Shown: positions 9,204-19,060 of the stretch, piece by piece
How positions within the stretch are numbered: position 1 is the first letter of the stretch
How the letters are laid out: each line of letters begins with the position of its first letter
NCBI GenBank assembly: GCA_049967475.1
Contig: JBMFSQ010000019.1
Coordinates: forward strand, 2,679 to 66,678
Length of the DNA stretch: 64,000 nt
Direction of reading: 5' to 3'
Source of the DNA: Chthonomonadales bacterium
Lineage (GTDB): Bacteria; Armatimonadota; Chthonomonadetes; Chthonomonadales; CAJBBX01
Translations under genes and position numbers: made by a program
The notes under the pieces: generated by a model
Told to the model about the DNA's origin: nothing
The model's database searches: none
What the model saw: only the letters and a program-made list of their open reading frames with translations

Positions 9204-9977
9204 TCATCGCGCTGCGTTGAGGATCATCCTCGCCGCATGATCGAGCGCCGGCAGGATGTCCTCCTGCACCGCCAGCGCGAGCACGGGCAAAGAAAGCGAC
9301 ACGGTAGCGAGGCCCAGGATGATTTTGGCGGGGAGGCCAACGATGAGTACGTTCATCTGCGGAACGGTCCGGGCCACCAGCGCAAAGGCCAGATCCACCG
9401 TAAGAAGCACTGCGGCGGCGGGCGCAGCGATTCGAAGAGCAATCAACAGCATCTGGCCGGCGAGGGCACCGGCTACAACATCCCAAGAGCCTGCAAAATG
9501 GGCGGCGCCGGCAGGAACCACACGGTAACTGGCTGCTACGGCTCCTACGAGGTAAAGCATGCCCCCAGCCATGAGGAAGAGCGCCATACTAAGCTGGTAC
9601 ATAAGCTGCCCCGTCGCCGAGGTTTGCTGCCGTGCGACGGGGTTGAGCACGTTGATCATCCCGAACCCGATTTGCGTGTCCACATAAGTACCGGCGATCT
9701 GCACGGCGGCGAAAAGAAGGGTTACCAAGAACCCGAGGGTGAGGCCCACGGCTATATCGGCCGCTATACGGGCAATAAGTGTGAAGAGGTCCCCTGGAGC
9801 CGGCCCGATCGTGGAGCGCAGCAAGGGCAGCAACACCAAAGACACCAGAGCGGAGAACCCCGCCTTCACCGGCGCAGGAACGCCCGTGGTGCCAAACACG
9901 GGTGCTGCCGCAACCAGTGCAGACACCCGAGCAAGGATCAGCAAGAAGCACCAGAAGTCGTGGATGCCTATTTCCAT
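9204..9977 (-). CDS. fliR: Flagellar export apparatus protein FliR
   Basis: 257-aa polytopic protein lying between fliQ and flhB, with FliR-like hydrophobic pattern and size. Confidence 0.9.
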   Translation of the reverse strand: MEIGIHDFWCFLLILARVSALVAAAPVFGTTGVPAPVKAGFSALVSLVLLPLLRSTIGPAPGDLFTLIARIAADIAVGLTLGFLVTLLFAAVQIAGTYVDTQIGFGMINVLNPVARQQTSATGQLMYQLSMALFLMAGGMLYLVGAVAASYRVVPAGAAHFAGSWDVVAGALAGQMLLIALRIAAPAAAVLLTVDLAFALVARTVPQMNVLIVGLPAKIILGLATVSLSLPVLALAVQEDILPALDHAARMILNAAR

Positions 9978-9999
9978 GACCCCCTACCACGCCAAAGCA

Positions 10000-10269
10000 T
10001 CACTGCGTCACCGGCGGCATGTGGGTAAACACCCTCACCGTGAAATTCACCGCCAGCGAAAGCATCCAGGGCCCGAAGATCGCCAAGGCGACGATCACCG
10101 CCAGCAGCTTGGGCACGAAGGTGAGTGTGAACTCCTGAATGGAAGTCACTGCCTGAAAAATCGAAACAACCACCCCGGCCACCAATCCGAAGAGCAGCAC
10201 AGGCAGTGAGAGCTGAAGCGTTAGGGCCAAGCATTGCCGCGCGATATCCAGCACATCCCTTTCCGTCAT
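10000..10269 (-). CDS. fliQ: Flagellar export apparatus protein FliQ
   Basis: 89 aa from the ATG at 10269 (MTERDVLDIARQCL...), two TM helices. The start is 2 nt after the fliP stop. The track ORF (to 10314) carries an unlikely N-terminal extension. Confidence 0.9.
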   Translation of the reverse strand: MTERDVLDIARQCLALTLQLSLPVLLFGLVAGVVVSIFQAVTSIQEFTLTFVPKLLAVIVALAIFGPWMLSLAVNFTVRVFTHMPPVTQ

Positions 10270-10271
10270 GG

Positions 10272-11153
10272 CTATCGGAACCCCTTCACCAAGGATCCCA
10301 GCAAGAGCGTCCATCCATTGGCAAGAATGAACAGAAGCAATTTTGCCGGGAGCGCAATTACGGTGGGCGGCAGCATCATCATGCCCATGCTCATGAGTGT
10401 GGAAGCCACCACCATGTCTATGATCAGAAACGGCAAGTAGATATAGAAGCCGATGATGAAAGCCGTCTTCAGCTCGCTCGTGATGAATGCAGGAATGATC
10501 ACCGATAGGGGAACTTCATCCAGGTTGGCCGGCTGGCGCTTCAGGTGTGCCAGGTTCACGAAGAACTGCATGTCCTTGTTGTACGTCTGCCGCACCATGA
10601 AGGCTCTAAGCGGCCGAACGCCCTGATCCAGAGCCCGTGTGAACGAGATCCTATTCTCCAGATAGGGTCGCAGAGCTTCATCGTTCACCTGCTCAAATAC
10701 CGGCCGCATCACAAAGAAGGTGAGGAAGAGGGCCAACCCGATGAGCACCTGGTTCGGCGGGACCTGCGGGATGCCCAGAGCACTCCTCGTGAGCGAGAGC
10801 ACGATGATGATGCGCGTGAAGGCCGTCATCATGATGAGGATGGACGGTGCCAGGGTCAGCACCGTGAGCATGAGGAGCACCTGAAGCGTCACCGCCACAT
10901 CGCGGGGGTTCTTGGCGGCTTCTACACCCAACGATACTTTCGGGATCGTGACGGATGCGGCAGGTTGGGTACCCTGGGCGAATACGCCGCCGGCAACGGC
11001 GGAAATGAGGAGGGCGCTAAGGAAGACGATTAGGGCGCCCTGTCCCTTGAGACGATGGACGATGCGGCTGGCATGGGGCAACCTAGGCGCGCGTGTCCGC
11101 ACGCATTCGGCATCGGTGACCATTGCGGTCCCATGAATGGGATGACACGCCAT
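10272..11153 (-). CDS. fliP: Flagellar export apparatus protein FliP
   Basis: Conserved FliP core ([29 protein letters not shown] ... [28 protein letters not shown]). The ATG at 11153 abuts the fliO stop at 11155. A signal-like N-terminus is present. Confidence 0.9.
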   Translation of the reverse strand: MACHPIHGTAMVTDAECVRTRAPRLPHASRIVHRLKGQGALIVFLSALLISAVAGGVFAQGTQPAASVTIPKVSLGVEAAKNPRDVAVTLQVLLMLTVLTLAPSILIMMTAFTRIIIVLSLTRSALGIPQVPPNQVLIGLALFLTFFVMRPVFEQVNDEALRPYLENRISFTRALDQGVRPLRAFMVRQTYNKDMQFFVNLAHLKRQPANLDEVPLSVIIPAFITSELKTAFIIGFYIYLPFLIIDMVVASTLMSMGMMMLPPTVIALPAKLLLFILANGWTLLLGSLVKGFR

Positions 11154-11154
11154 A

Positions 11155-12144
11155 TCAGTTCGTTCCGGGTTCCCATCCGTGCATCCTTGCTGCAGTCTCC
11201 AGAACCGCATCCTTGGCCTGGCGAAGATCGTCGTCTATCTCATGCACAACGGCAGCGATGGCGCCATCGCCCTTCGCTGTGAGGCGTTCCTCGGCGCCCT
11301 CCAACAAAGCATCAAAGGAGAACCCATCCGATTGGGTAGCCGCCTCGATCTCGGTGAGCACGCTGACGGCCGACCCTGTGGTGCCCAGCAGGAGCAATTT
11401 GCCGCGCACCTCCACCAGGTGAAGCCCTACAACCCCCACCGGTACCGACTCGAGCACGCGGATGCTGCTCCCTCCGGCTTTCCGCGCTGTCCACAGCGTC
11501 AGCCCACCCGGCAGGCTCGGCAACCTGCCGTGTTTCGCGTAGAGCGCCTTGAGGCCCCGGATGGCCAAAAGTACAACGAGCAGCACCGGAGCCAGGTAGG
11601 CCAGGAGCTTCCACGCGTCACGAAGGGTGGACGCCGCGCTCTCTTGAGGCCGATCCAGGGGATCCGGCCTCGTCGAGAGGCGCTCGGTGGCGGCAGAACG
11701 GGCAGCATGCGTCACCGCCTTCCGGGTTGTCGTTAGCCGGACGCCGCCCGCGGCAGAAGCGCGAGCAGTCTTCCTAGGTCCAGATGCCATCCCTCCGCCT
11801 CGCGTGCGAACGGCCCCGCGCGGAGCGGGTATCGAATGATGAACGGCAGGTCTTCGACTGGGTCTCTGTGTAGCGGCGAGGACAGCCCGCTCATAGGCGC
11901 GCACGACCTCTTGAGGCGCAGGCGCACCCCCGGAAGGAGCGGATGGATGCGCTCGCACGCCCTGGGGTGCCGTTCCTCGAGGATCCTTAGGCTTCCCGGC
12001 AGGCACACCGTCCTCCGCGACCACGGCATTCAAAACGCCGTTGGGCGGTGTATTGTAGGGGGCACGGGGATCCTGCGCTCGCGCAGAACCCGGCAAGAAT
12101 GCGGGGACGGCTAGGCACAGAATGATCCATCCAGGCCGGGGCAT
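11155..12144 (-). CDS. fliO: FliO-family protein with a long N-terminal extension
   Basis: The C-terminal third matches the FliO pattern: a TM helix [16 protein letters not shown] followed by [36 protein letters not shown]. The N-terminus has a signal-like peptide and about 150 aa rich in Pro/Ala/Arg. A strong SD (AAGAGGAGG) lies 8 nt before the ATG at 12144. Confidence 0.7.
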   Translation of the reverse strand: MPRPGWIILCLAVPAFLPGSARAQDPRAPYNTPPNGVLNAVVAEDGVPAGKPKDPRGTAPQGVRAHPSAPSGGAPAPQEVVRAYERAVLAATQRPSRRPAVHHSIPAPRGAVRTRGGGMASGPRKTARASAAGGVRLTTTRKAVTHAARSAATERLSTRPDPLDRPQESAASTLRDAWKLLAYLAPVLLVVLLAIRGLKALYAKHGRLPSLPGGLTLWTARKAGGSSIRVLESVPVGVVGLHLVEVRGKLLLLGTTGSAVSVLTEIEAATQSDGFSFDALLEGAEERLTAKGDGAIAAVVHEIDDDLRQAKDAVLETAARMHGWEPGTN

Positions 12145-12149
12145 CGCTG

Positions 12150-13061
12150 CTACCTCCTCTTACCCAAGCCGGAAACGCGATCTGCGGGGCTGATGATCTC
12201 CGTCACGCGGATGCCGAAGTTGTCTTCCACCACTACAACTTCCCCTTTGGCAATGAGGCGCCCATTGACCATGAGATCCACGGGCTCACCGGCCACGCGG
12301 TCGAGTTCCACCACAGATCCCGGTGAGAGCTCCAGGACGTCCTTGATGAGCATGCGCACCCGGCCCAGTTCTACCGACACGTCCAGGGGTACATCGAAGA
12401 GCAGTTCAATCCCAGGAGGAAGAGGCTCGGTTCCAGCTCCATTGGACCTCTGTGTTTCCACGACGGTGTCGTCGGAAGGTTGCGCCGCCGGTTCCACCTC
12501 CGGATTTGCGGACGGCGCCGCCGCGATGAGGCTTCGCGCAAATTCCGTGGTGAGAAAGACCAACAATTCCGCCACGTCGCTGCCGATGTGCACAGGGACG
12601 GAAGCACGGATCGCCTTCTCCACAACCGCAAAGGATGGGGGCAATTGAAGCGCACCCACCTGAACTTGCACCGCGCCCGGTTCGCCCGGAATGCCGAGGG
12701 CGTTGCGCACTTCCAGTACGGCTGCGTTCATCGCCGCCTCGAGCCCTGCAGTTTGATCCCCCGTGAGCCTGGGTTCCTCGCCTGCCATTTGCCACCCAAG
12801 GACCTTGGCGAGCACGGGCCATGTGTCCGCAGAAAGAACCAAGAGACCCTCATCCGGGCAGAGGACGGGGTAGGAGAAGGATGCCTGCAGAACGACGTTC
12901 AGATCGGCTGCCAGCCCGTCGGCAGCGTCTAGGGTAAGCGTGGGCGCATCCGAGGTCACGGTAAGCCCTAAACTGCCGCCGAAGCCGCGCGCAGCAGCGT
13001 CACAGAGAGATCCTACCGCTCCCGGCAGAGCAGTCAATTCTTCGGTGGTTAGATCCGGCAT
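12150..13061 (-). CDS. fliN: C-ring protein FliN/FliY (SpoA domain with extended N-terminal domain)
   Basis: C-terminal SpoA motif [60 protein letters not shown]. The roughly 200-aa N-terminal region is vaguely CheC/FliY-like, but I could not see intact phosphatase motifs. Confidence 0.85.
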   Translation of the reverse strand: MPDLTTEELTALPGAVGSLCDAAARGFGGSLGLTVTSDAPTLTLDAADGLAADLNVVLQASFSYPVLCPDEGLLVLSADTWPVLAKVLGWQMAGEEPRLTGDQTAGLEAAMNAAVLEVRNALGIPGEPGAVQVQVGALQLPPSFAVVEKAIRASVPVHIGSDVAELLVFLTTEFARSLIAAAPSANPEVEPAAQPSDDTVVETQRSNGAGTEPLPPGIELLFDVPLDVSVELGRVRMLIKDVLELSPGSVVELDRVAGEPVDLMVNGRLIAKGEVVVVEDNFGIRVTEIISPADRVSGLGKRR

Positions 13062-13073
13062 CGGGTTACCTCG

Positions 13074-14156
13074 TTATCCAGTTGATGGCAATTCAGGATG
13101 GCTTTGCGCGTCGCCAAGGGATGCGCCCAACACCGTATCGTCGCGCACGATCCGGTTGATGTGCAGAGCCAGCTTGCGGCCGGACCGCGCGGGCGTCCCG
13201 CGGAATTTAACGCTCTCTCCGATGAGCAGGTCTGCCTCATCGGTGGCCTTGCGGTCCAAAATTACGGTGTCTCCCGGGCGCAGATCCAACAGTTCGCGCA
13301 CTGTGATGCGGGCCGTACCCAGCCTGCAGATGCACTGGACGGGCGCAGCTTGCAGGTTCCTCGCCACCACATGGGCAGCCTGCCCGCCGCTCTTGCGCGC
13401 TGAGAACCACCGCTGAGCGGAAAGCTTGGTGCTCACGGGCTTGAGAACAATATAGGGGATGGCGATGGACATGGCCCCGCGCAGATCGCCCACCTTGATC
13501 TCGAAGAGGACCGACACTACGATGTCGTTGGGGGGGACGATCTGCACAAACTGGGGTTGCGTCTCCAGAGTTTCGCGGACGGGATGGATCTGGGCGATGC
13601 CGTCCCAAGCGCTCTTGAATTCCTTGAGCGCCCGCTGGGTGATACTCTCGGTGAGAGCCTTTTCGATTTCCGTGAGAACGTTGGTGCTCTTGACCATATT
13701 GCCGGGTCCTCCAAGCAGCCGGTCAATCATCGCCAGCACCACGTTGAATTCGATTTCCAGGAGGGCTTGGCCATGGAGGGGCGGCATCGAAAAGATGGTG
13801 ATCACCGAGTTGGTAACCGAGCGCATGTACTCATCGAAGGGCATCTGCTCTACCGAGATAAGGTCTACATGCGTCGTTACCCGCAGGTACGCCGCCAGCG
13901 AGGACGCGAAGAGCCGTGCGAAGGCCTCGTGCACCATCTGAAGGGTGCGGAGTTGATCTTTGGAGAATTTGTCGGGTCTGCGGAAGTCGTACAGCTCGCC
14001 GTCGGAGTGGCGGCGATCATCGCGCTTGGCTCCCGCCCTGGCGCCCGCCCGCGAGGGGCTGGCGGAGCCGTCGGCCGGAGCCTCGCCCGCCTCCCCCTCA
14101 GCAGAGAGCGAAGAGAGGAGCGCCTCGATCTCGCTCTGAGACAGGATCTCTACCAA
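13074..14156 (-). CDS. fliM: C-ring switch protein FliM
   Basis: N-terminal CheY-P binding motif LSQSEIEALL, a middle FliM domain and a C-terminal SpoA-like domain. Confidence 0.9.
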   Translation of the reverse strand: MVEILSQSEIEALLSSLSAEGEAGEAPADGSASPSRAGARAGAKRDDRRHSDGELYDFRRPDKFSKDQLRTLQMVHEAFARLFASSLAAYLRVTTHVDLISVEQMPFDEYMRSVTNSVITIFSMPPLHGQALLEIEFNVVLAMIDRLLGGPGNMVKSTNVLTEIEKALTESITQRALKEFKSAWDGIAQIHPVRETLETQPQFVQIVPPNDIVVSVLFEIKVGDLRGAMSIAIPYIVLKPVSTKLSAQRWFSARKSGGQAAHVVARNLQAAPVQCICRLGTARITVRELLDLRPGDTVILDRKATDEADLLIGESVKFRGTPARSGRKLALHINRIVRDDTVLGASLGDAQSHPELPSTG

Positions 14157-14180
14157 ACCCGCCTCCCGTGGGCGTGCGGC

Positions 14181-14699
14181 TCATTGCGTCATGAACTCGG
14201 TGAAGTACACCTTCACCACCTTCTCTGCACCGAGGGCACGGTTCACCTGGTCCCTGATTTCGGACTTCAGCTTTTCACGCGCCGCCGGGGTAGAGATCTC
14301 CTCGAGCCGCTTCCCTGATAAAACTGCCAGTATAGAGTCTCGGATGGGAGGCACGTCATCTTTAATGCTTTCTTCGGTTAGGCCCTTCTTGAGGCCGAGA
14401 GCAATCGTCGTTTTGAGGTAATGACCGTCCTCGCCGGCCAGGTTAACCAGGAACTCATCGAGGGTGACCTTGGGCCCCACTTCCTCTTGGGCTTGTGCCT
14501 TGCCATGGTCTCCATTGCCGTGAGAACCCACCATCACCTTCGCCCCGATGATGCCCGAGGCCGCAGCCAAGAGGATCACCCCCACCAAGAGTATCGCCTT
14601 GCTCACGCTCTTCTTTCCTCGCTTATCCTCCTGATCTCCCGATGGCTTGCCCGCCGGGGTCGCCCCGGCCTTCGACGGGGCAGACGCCTTCTCGGCCAT
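14181..14699 (-). CDS. fliL: Flagellar basal-body-associated protein FliL
   Basis: Single N-terminal TM helix, then a FliL-like domain (LDEFLVNLAGEDGHYLKTTIALGL ... IRDSILAVLSGK ... VVKVYFTEF). SD AAGGAG lies upstream. Confidence 0.8.
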   Translation of the reverse strand: MAEKASAPSKAGATPAGKPSGDQEDKRGKKSVSKAILLVGVILLAAASGIIGAKVMVGSHGNGDHGKAQAQEEVGPKVTLDEFLVNLAGEDGHYLKTTIALGLKKGLTEESIKDDVPPIRDSILAVLSGKRLEEISTPAAREKLKSEIRDQVNRALGAEKVVKVYFTEFMTQ

Positions 14700-14815
14700 C
14701 GCTGCACTCCTTGCACTTCAGATCGGCGTGGACACTGGAATGGCCTGCGCCGTCGAGAGGATTGTTCCACATCGCGGCCAGGAAGCCCAGCACAAAGAAC
14801 AGCACACGATCAGGC

Positions 14816-14852
14816 AAAAAAGGGCGGCTCCAAGATTGCACAAGGAGCCGCC
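14816..14852 (-). terminator. Rho-independent terminator immediately after flgE
   Basis: Minus-strand RNA reads GGCGGCUCC-UUGUGCAAUCUU-GGAGCCGCC-C-UUUUUU. That is a perfect 9-bp GC-rich stem and a 12-nt loop, then a U6 tract (plus-strand A run at 14816-21) after one C. It is the only such stem+U-tract I noticed, though I did not scan the window exhaustively. Confidence 0.6.
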
Positions 14853-14865
14853 GTCCCATTCCATG

Positions 14866-16605
14866 CTATTGCTTCAGGTTCAGCACGTCCTGCATAAGCT
14901 GATCCACTACGGACACGATGCGGGTGTTGGCCTGGAAACCCCGTTGCGTCACAATCAGCGACGTGAATTCCTGGGCGAGATCCACATTGGACATTTCGAG
15001 GAAGCCCGGGCTCACCTGGCCGCGGCCGGCTTCATTAGGAGCCCCTATTTGCGGCAATCCGGAATTGGCCGACGCCCGGTAGTTGTTGTTGCCCACTTTC
15101 TCCAGACCCGCTGGGTTTGCAAACGATGCCAGCGCGATCTGCCCGAGCGCCCTGTTCTGTCCGTTGGAGAATACGCCCGTAATGGTGCCGTCCGGCGCGA
15201 TGTTGAAGCTCTGAAGCGTTCCTACCGCGAACCCATCCTGGCTGTCGGCAGACATAGTGGACGAGGATGCGAATTGGCTTACCTTGATGTTGTCTACCTT
15301 CACCGAAAACGGCGAGGCCGCTCCCGAATTGGGATTGATGGTGAGCGATTGGTAGCGCCCGGCGGTGAGAGCTCCGTTCGCGTCAAAGTAAAGGGGCGTA
15401 TTGCCCGGCGTGGCCGAGGATCCCACAACGGTTCCGTTCTCGGTAGCCGTCCAGTCCCAGCGGGCTGTAGCTGTGGCAGGATCTCCTGCCTGCACAGGAA
15501 CGCGCCGGTACTGGAATTGAACGGTATGGCCTATGCCCAAGCTGTCGTATACCTGCACGGAGGTGGTGCGGATGGGGTAGCTGCCTGCCCGACCGTCGGC
15601 AGAACCATCTACGGCCGATGGGGCGGCATTGGCTTGCACCGACGAATAATTGAGGCTCACGGCGAACGGATTGGCTCCCTGCGCGCCTGGTACAAGGGAA
15701 CCCTCGTTGGCAGCGCTTCCTCCATTCAATTGGATGGAGGCTCCGAGGGGATTGCCGGCGGCATCTGCGAAGGTCCATCCCGATGCCGTCCGATACAGTT
15801 TGGATTTGCCGCTGGAACTGTCGTAGGCTACAACGCCGTCTGCCTTCACAACCACATCCCACGAGCGCACGGCGCCCGCCGGCACGCCGGGGCCGCTAGG
15901 GTTATCCACGGGGTTTGCGAAATCCGTCTCGATGGTGTGGGGATTCCCGAAGGCGTCATAAACGGTGCGCGTGACGGCCGCGGGCAGGGTGGTTGCCGGC
16001 ATCGGTGTAGCATCCAGGTTGCCGGAATAATCCACCTTGGTAGACACGATGGCGGCTCCGGCATCTAGGTTGCCGCTGAAGGTTACGTTGGCCGTCTGCT
16101 TCGCGCTCGTGAGTTTGCCCAGCGGAATGTTCAGCGTATTGGCTGCAGTGACCGGTTGCCCGGTGTTGATCGCACCGTTGGCGTCGGCTGTATAGCCCAG
16201 CAGCTTGGCGCCCGTAGCCGGGTTCACGAGATCGCCGTTGGCATCCAGATCGAAGGTACCGTCGCGTGTGTAGAGAAGCTGGCCGTTCTGAGCGACTATA
16301 AAGAAGCCGCTTCCCTGGATCGCCAGATCGGTAGGCTTTCCCGAACTTTGGAGATTGCCCTGCGTCTCCAGAGCGTCAATGGCGCCTACGGTCACGCCCA
16401 AGCCCACCTGATCTGGATTTGTGCCTCCGTTGGTGCCGTTGGGGGCAGATGCTGCGGCGAGCGTCTGGGAAAGTTGATCTTTGAAGGTAAGCCGCTCGGC
16501 TTTGTAGCCGATGGTGTTCACGTTGGCAATGTTGTTGCCAATCACATTGAGGCGGGTTTCGTGAGCTTGCAGCCCGCTCACGCCCGAAAGCATAGCTTGC
16601 AGCAT
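14866..16605 (-). CDS. flgE: Flagellar hook protein FlgE (large, 579 aa)
   Basis: N-terminal rod/hook motif GNNIANVNTIGYKAE and C-terminal SNVDLAQEFTSLIVTQRGFQANTRIV. SD GGAGG lies upstream. Confidence 0.95.
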   Translation of the reverse strand: MLQAMLSGVSGLQAHETRLNVIGNNIANVNTIGYKAERLTFKDQLSQTLAAASAPNGTNGGTNPDQVGLGVTVGAIDALETQGNLQSSGKPTDLAIQGSGFFIVAQNGQLLYTRDGTFDLDANGDLVNPATGAKLLGYTADANGAINTGQPVTAANTLNIPLGKLTSAKQTANVTFSGNLDAGAAIVSTKVDYSGNLDATPMPATTLPAAVTRTVYDAFGNPHTIETDFANPVDNPSGPGVPAGAVRSWDVVVKADGVVAYDSSSGKSKLYRTASGWTFADAAGNPLGASIQLNGGSAANEGSLVPGAQGANPFAVSLNYSSVQANAAPSAVDGSADGRAGSYPIRTTSVQVYDSLGIGHTVQFQYRRVPVQAGDPATATARWDWTATENGTVVGSSATPGNTPLYFDANGALTAGRYQSLTINPNSGAASPFSVKVDNIKVSQFASSSTMSADSQDGFAVGTLQSFNIAPDGTITGVFSNGQNRALGQIALASFANPAGLEKVGNNNYRASANSGLPQIGAPNEAGRGQVSPGFLEMSNVDLAQEFTSLIVTQRGFQANTRIVSVVDQLMQDVLNLKQ

Positions 16606-16733
16606 GATTGACCTCCGTTGCTTGTGATGCCCCTTCCGTCAGTCCGGGGCGCAGGCCTCCCCGTTGCCGTGCAACGGCGGTCCGGCCTGAATGAACGTTA
16701 TTGTTCCGATGGTCCGCGGCGTTCGCCGGCCGT

Positions 16734-17129
16734 TCAGGCGATGACGGCGCCGTCTATGTTGGTGAAGACGTTGTGCTTCAGGTTATCCTTGTCTACCACA
16801 GTGATCACGGTGCGGTTGGACACGCTCACCACAAAGGCCGTCTGATCCAGCAGCACCAGCGATTCCCGAACGCCTTTGTTGGCGGCTTTGTCCACGGCAC
16901 CCTCGATGCGGTCCATATCTCCCGGCCCCAGCATGATCTTGCGCGACTGGAGGCGCGTTTGAGCGTGTGCCGAGAAGCGAACGCCTCGCGCAGCGCGCTC
17001 TTGCGCCTGCTCGAGCATGCCGCGGAAGGAAGGCCCCTGCTCCGGAAGATCGAGCCTCTGCCGTTCCCTGGGCGGCGCTGCAGGCGCCGGGTCAAAGACC
17101 ACATCCGAAATTGGAAGGGGATCCATCAT
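16734..17129 (-). CDS. Flagellar operon protein (TIGR02530-like) between flgD and flgE
   Basis: Position plus the motifs FSAHAQTRLQSRKI and NRTVITVVDKDNLKHNVFTNIDGAVI, which match my recollection of this small family. Confidence 0.6.
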   Translation of the reverse strand: MMDPLPISDVVFDPAPAAPPRERQRLDLPEQGPSFRGMLEQAQERAARGVRFSAHAQTRLQSRKIMLGPGDMDRIEGAVDKAANKGVRESLVLLDQTAFVVSVSNRTVITVVDKDNLKHNVFTNIDGAVIA

Positions 17130-17141
17130 GGTTCCACCTCG

Positions 17142-17537
17142 CTATTGGCGGATCTGCACCACCTGATCGAGCGTTACGTCCCGTCCGTTGACGCTTAGGT
17201 GCACACCGTCCTGCTTGAATTGAACGGCCTGCACCACGCCGCTCACTGCAGATTGCCCGCTTCCTGTGCCGGCTACGGCATCCACCGTCTTGCCGATGAG
17301 CGCTGCTGCTTGAAGCTGTTCCATTGAGCTGCCGAGCTGCGTCACCCCTTGAACTGTAGAGAACTGGGCCATTTCCGCCAGGAATTGCTTGTCGTCCTGC
17401 GGAGAGAGGGGATCTTGGTTCTGCAGTTCGGTAATCAGCAGGTTGAGGAATTGCTGTTGGCTGAGCTGCTGATTGCCGGAGATGGCCTGAAGAAGCCCTC
17501 CAGCGGAGCCGGCACCGGTTACCGATCCTGTGTTCAA
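17142..17537 (-). CDS. flgD: Hook capping/assembly protein FlgD
   Basis: Motif QQQFLNLLITELQNQDPLSPQDDKQFLAEMAQFSTVQG is characteristic of FlgD. Confidence 0.9.
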   Translation of the reverse strand: MNTGSVTGAGSAGGLLQAISGNQQLSQQQFLNLLITELQNQDPLSPQDDKQFLAEMAQFSTVQGVTQLGSSMEQLQAAALIGKTVDAVAGTGSGQSAVSGVVQAVQFKQDGVHLSVNGRDVTLDQVVQIRQ

Positions 17538-17567
17538 CTAAAACACCTCCTTTCTCATCTCATGAGT

Positions 17568-19022
17568 TCACACGCGGGCATCCAGCCGCCCGTTGCGCCG
17601 TACGGATAAATCGGCGATCCTCACTGCACGATCCAATGCGCCCAGATCCGGTGCCTCTACCGCCGAAGCGCGCGCCACAGCAGGAAAGGAGCGACGTGGA
17701 GCCTCCTGGGCACCTTTGCCGTTGTTCTGACTTAGGGCCACCCCGAGCCCGGCTACGCTGAAGCCTTTCTGTTCCAGGGCTGCTTTCAGTTGATCCCGGG
17801 CAGCCTCCAATACGGCACGGGCTCCTTCCGTGGATGCTGTGATCTGCGCGCTCAAGCCGAAGCGATCCGAGGCCACCGCCACGCGCATCTCGCCCAGATG
17901 GGGCGGGCTGAGATGCAGCACGGCCTCATGCCGCCCCCCTGCGGCGTGCATTGCCTCGATTGTAGCCGCCACCCGCGACACCAGCTCAGCCCGGTCTGCC
18001 GCCGGCACGGCTGAGCCCCAAGTGTTGCTCGCCGCAACAGGAGCAGAAGGCTTGCCGCTATGGTCTGACGCGATGATTGCTTGAACGCCCACAGGGTCGG
18101 TGGCGTTGGGAGACGAGTGTCGTTCGCCCTGCGGAACATCATGCTCATCTCCCCGCGCCCTGTGCAACAACACGGATAGCATCTCGTTTTGATCGCCGGG
18201 CGACCCCGTCGTCGGCCGCCACGCTGCGGCGTCCCGTTGTTCGCTGCGGGATGGTTCCGTGGTATGAGCTGCCCTAAATGCAGCAGCAACGTCAAGAGGC
18301 CCTGCCGGTGCCGCATCCGATGCCTGCTGAACGGGCCCAGGCTTCTGAAGCAGGGTCGGCACGCCTTCCACATCCGATTTCGGCTCTTGGGCGGCAACCA
18401 AGCTCGGAGGACGCGGCACCGCGGGGAGTTCTGCGCCCGTAATCTCGTCGGAGCCGGACGGCCTAAGCGCCGCATCTTCCAGGGAGGCTGTCGCGATCCC
18501 AAACGGCGATACCGCATCTCGCGCCAAGATCCGGAAGGCACGCACATCGTGTCCCGAAAGCGTCAGCACTGTGGCCATTGCCGAAGGAGGCGTGTCCGAC
18601 CTGGCATCGTTTTGCCTGGTCGAGCCCGCATCCTGGGTGAGCGGCGGCATCTTGGCGAGGCTTCCTACAGCCGCTGCCGTCACACCCTGGGTCCACGAAC
18701 CCGCGATTGCAATCGCTTCCTCTGGGTGCTGTTTGCGCCCATCCGGCAGATCTCGGGCTTCCCCGGGATCCTCGGGCGCATTTCCCGCCGGAGAAGCTTC
18801 GGATAGGCGGACGGATCGGTCCCCGCTGCCTTCAGTCACCGGTCGGTCCGGTGCAGTCCTTGGAGCCTCCGAAGCCGCACGCGGCCGGGAACTTCCGATG
18901 GATTGGAGCACCTGCAGAAAGCCCGCAGCCGGAGCAGGGTCCGCAGACCGATCCTTATCCGCCATCGCTCGTGGCGGCTTCGTGTTCGGCGGAAGGCTCG
19001 CAATGGCACCGGCAGGCGGCAA
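17568..19022 (-). CDS. fliK: Hook-length control protein FliK
   Basis: Pro/Ala-rich, low-complexity N-terminal region and a C-terminal Flg_hook-type domain (LHLSPPHLGEMRVAVA ... LSAQITASTEGARAVLEAARDQLKAALEQKGF). Start is uncertain: a TTG at 19022 with AAGGAG 10 nt upstream, or the ATG at 18965. Confidence 0.75.
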   Translation of the reverse strand: MPPAGAIASLPPNTKPPRAMADKDRSADPAPAAGFLQVLQSIGSSRPRAASEAPRTAPDRPVTEGSGDRSVRLSEASPAGNAPEDPGEARDLPDGRKQHPEEAIAIAGSWTQGVTAAAVGSLAKMPPLTQDAGSTRQNDARSDTPPSAMATVLTLSGHDVRAFRILARDAVSPFGIATASLEDAALRPSGSDEITGAELPAVPRPPSLVAAQEPKSDVEGVPTLLQKPGPVQQASDAAPAGPLDVAAAFRAAHTTEPSRSEQRDAAAWRPTTGSPGDQNEMLSVLLHRARGDEHDVPQGERHSSPNATDPVGVQAIIASDHSGKPSAPVAASNTWGSAVPAADRAELVSRVAATIEAMHAAGGRHEAVLHLSPPHLGEMRVAVASDRFGLSAQITASTEGARAVLEAARDQLKAALEQKGFSVAGLGVALSQNNGKGAQEAPRRSFPAVARASAVEAPDLGALDRAVRIADLSVRRNGRLDARV

Positions 19023-19060
19023 CGGTGTGCAGCTCCTTGCAGTGAAGTGAACCTGTGAGA

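Noticed and set aside
14647-16068. A 473-aa plus-strand ORF antisense to flgE. Similar long antisense ORFs occur elsewhere: 58515-60233 (572 aa), 46072-47232 (386 aa), 54448-55839 (463 aa), 31462-32862 (466 aa), 34216-35685 (489 aa), 43727-44758, 44830-45846 and 37621-38583.
   Set aside because: Their translations are Arg/Ser/Gly/Cys-rich and low-complexity with no motifs. Each lies opposite, or out of frame with, a gene that has strong family signatures and operon context. Long spurious antisense ORFs are expected in GC-rich DNA because stop codons are rare.
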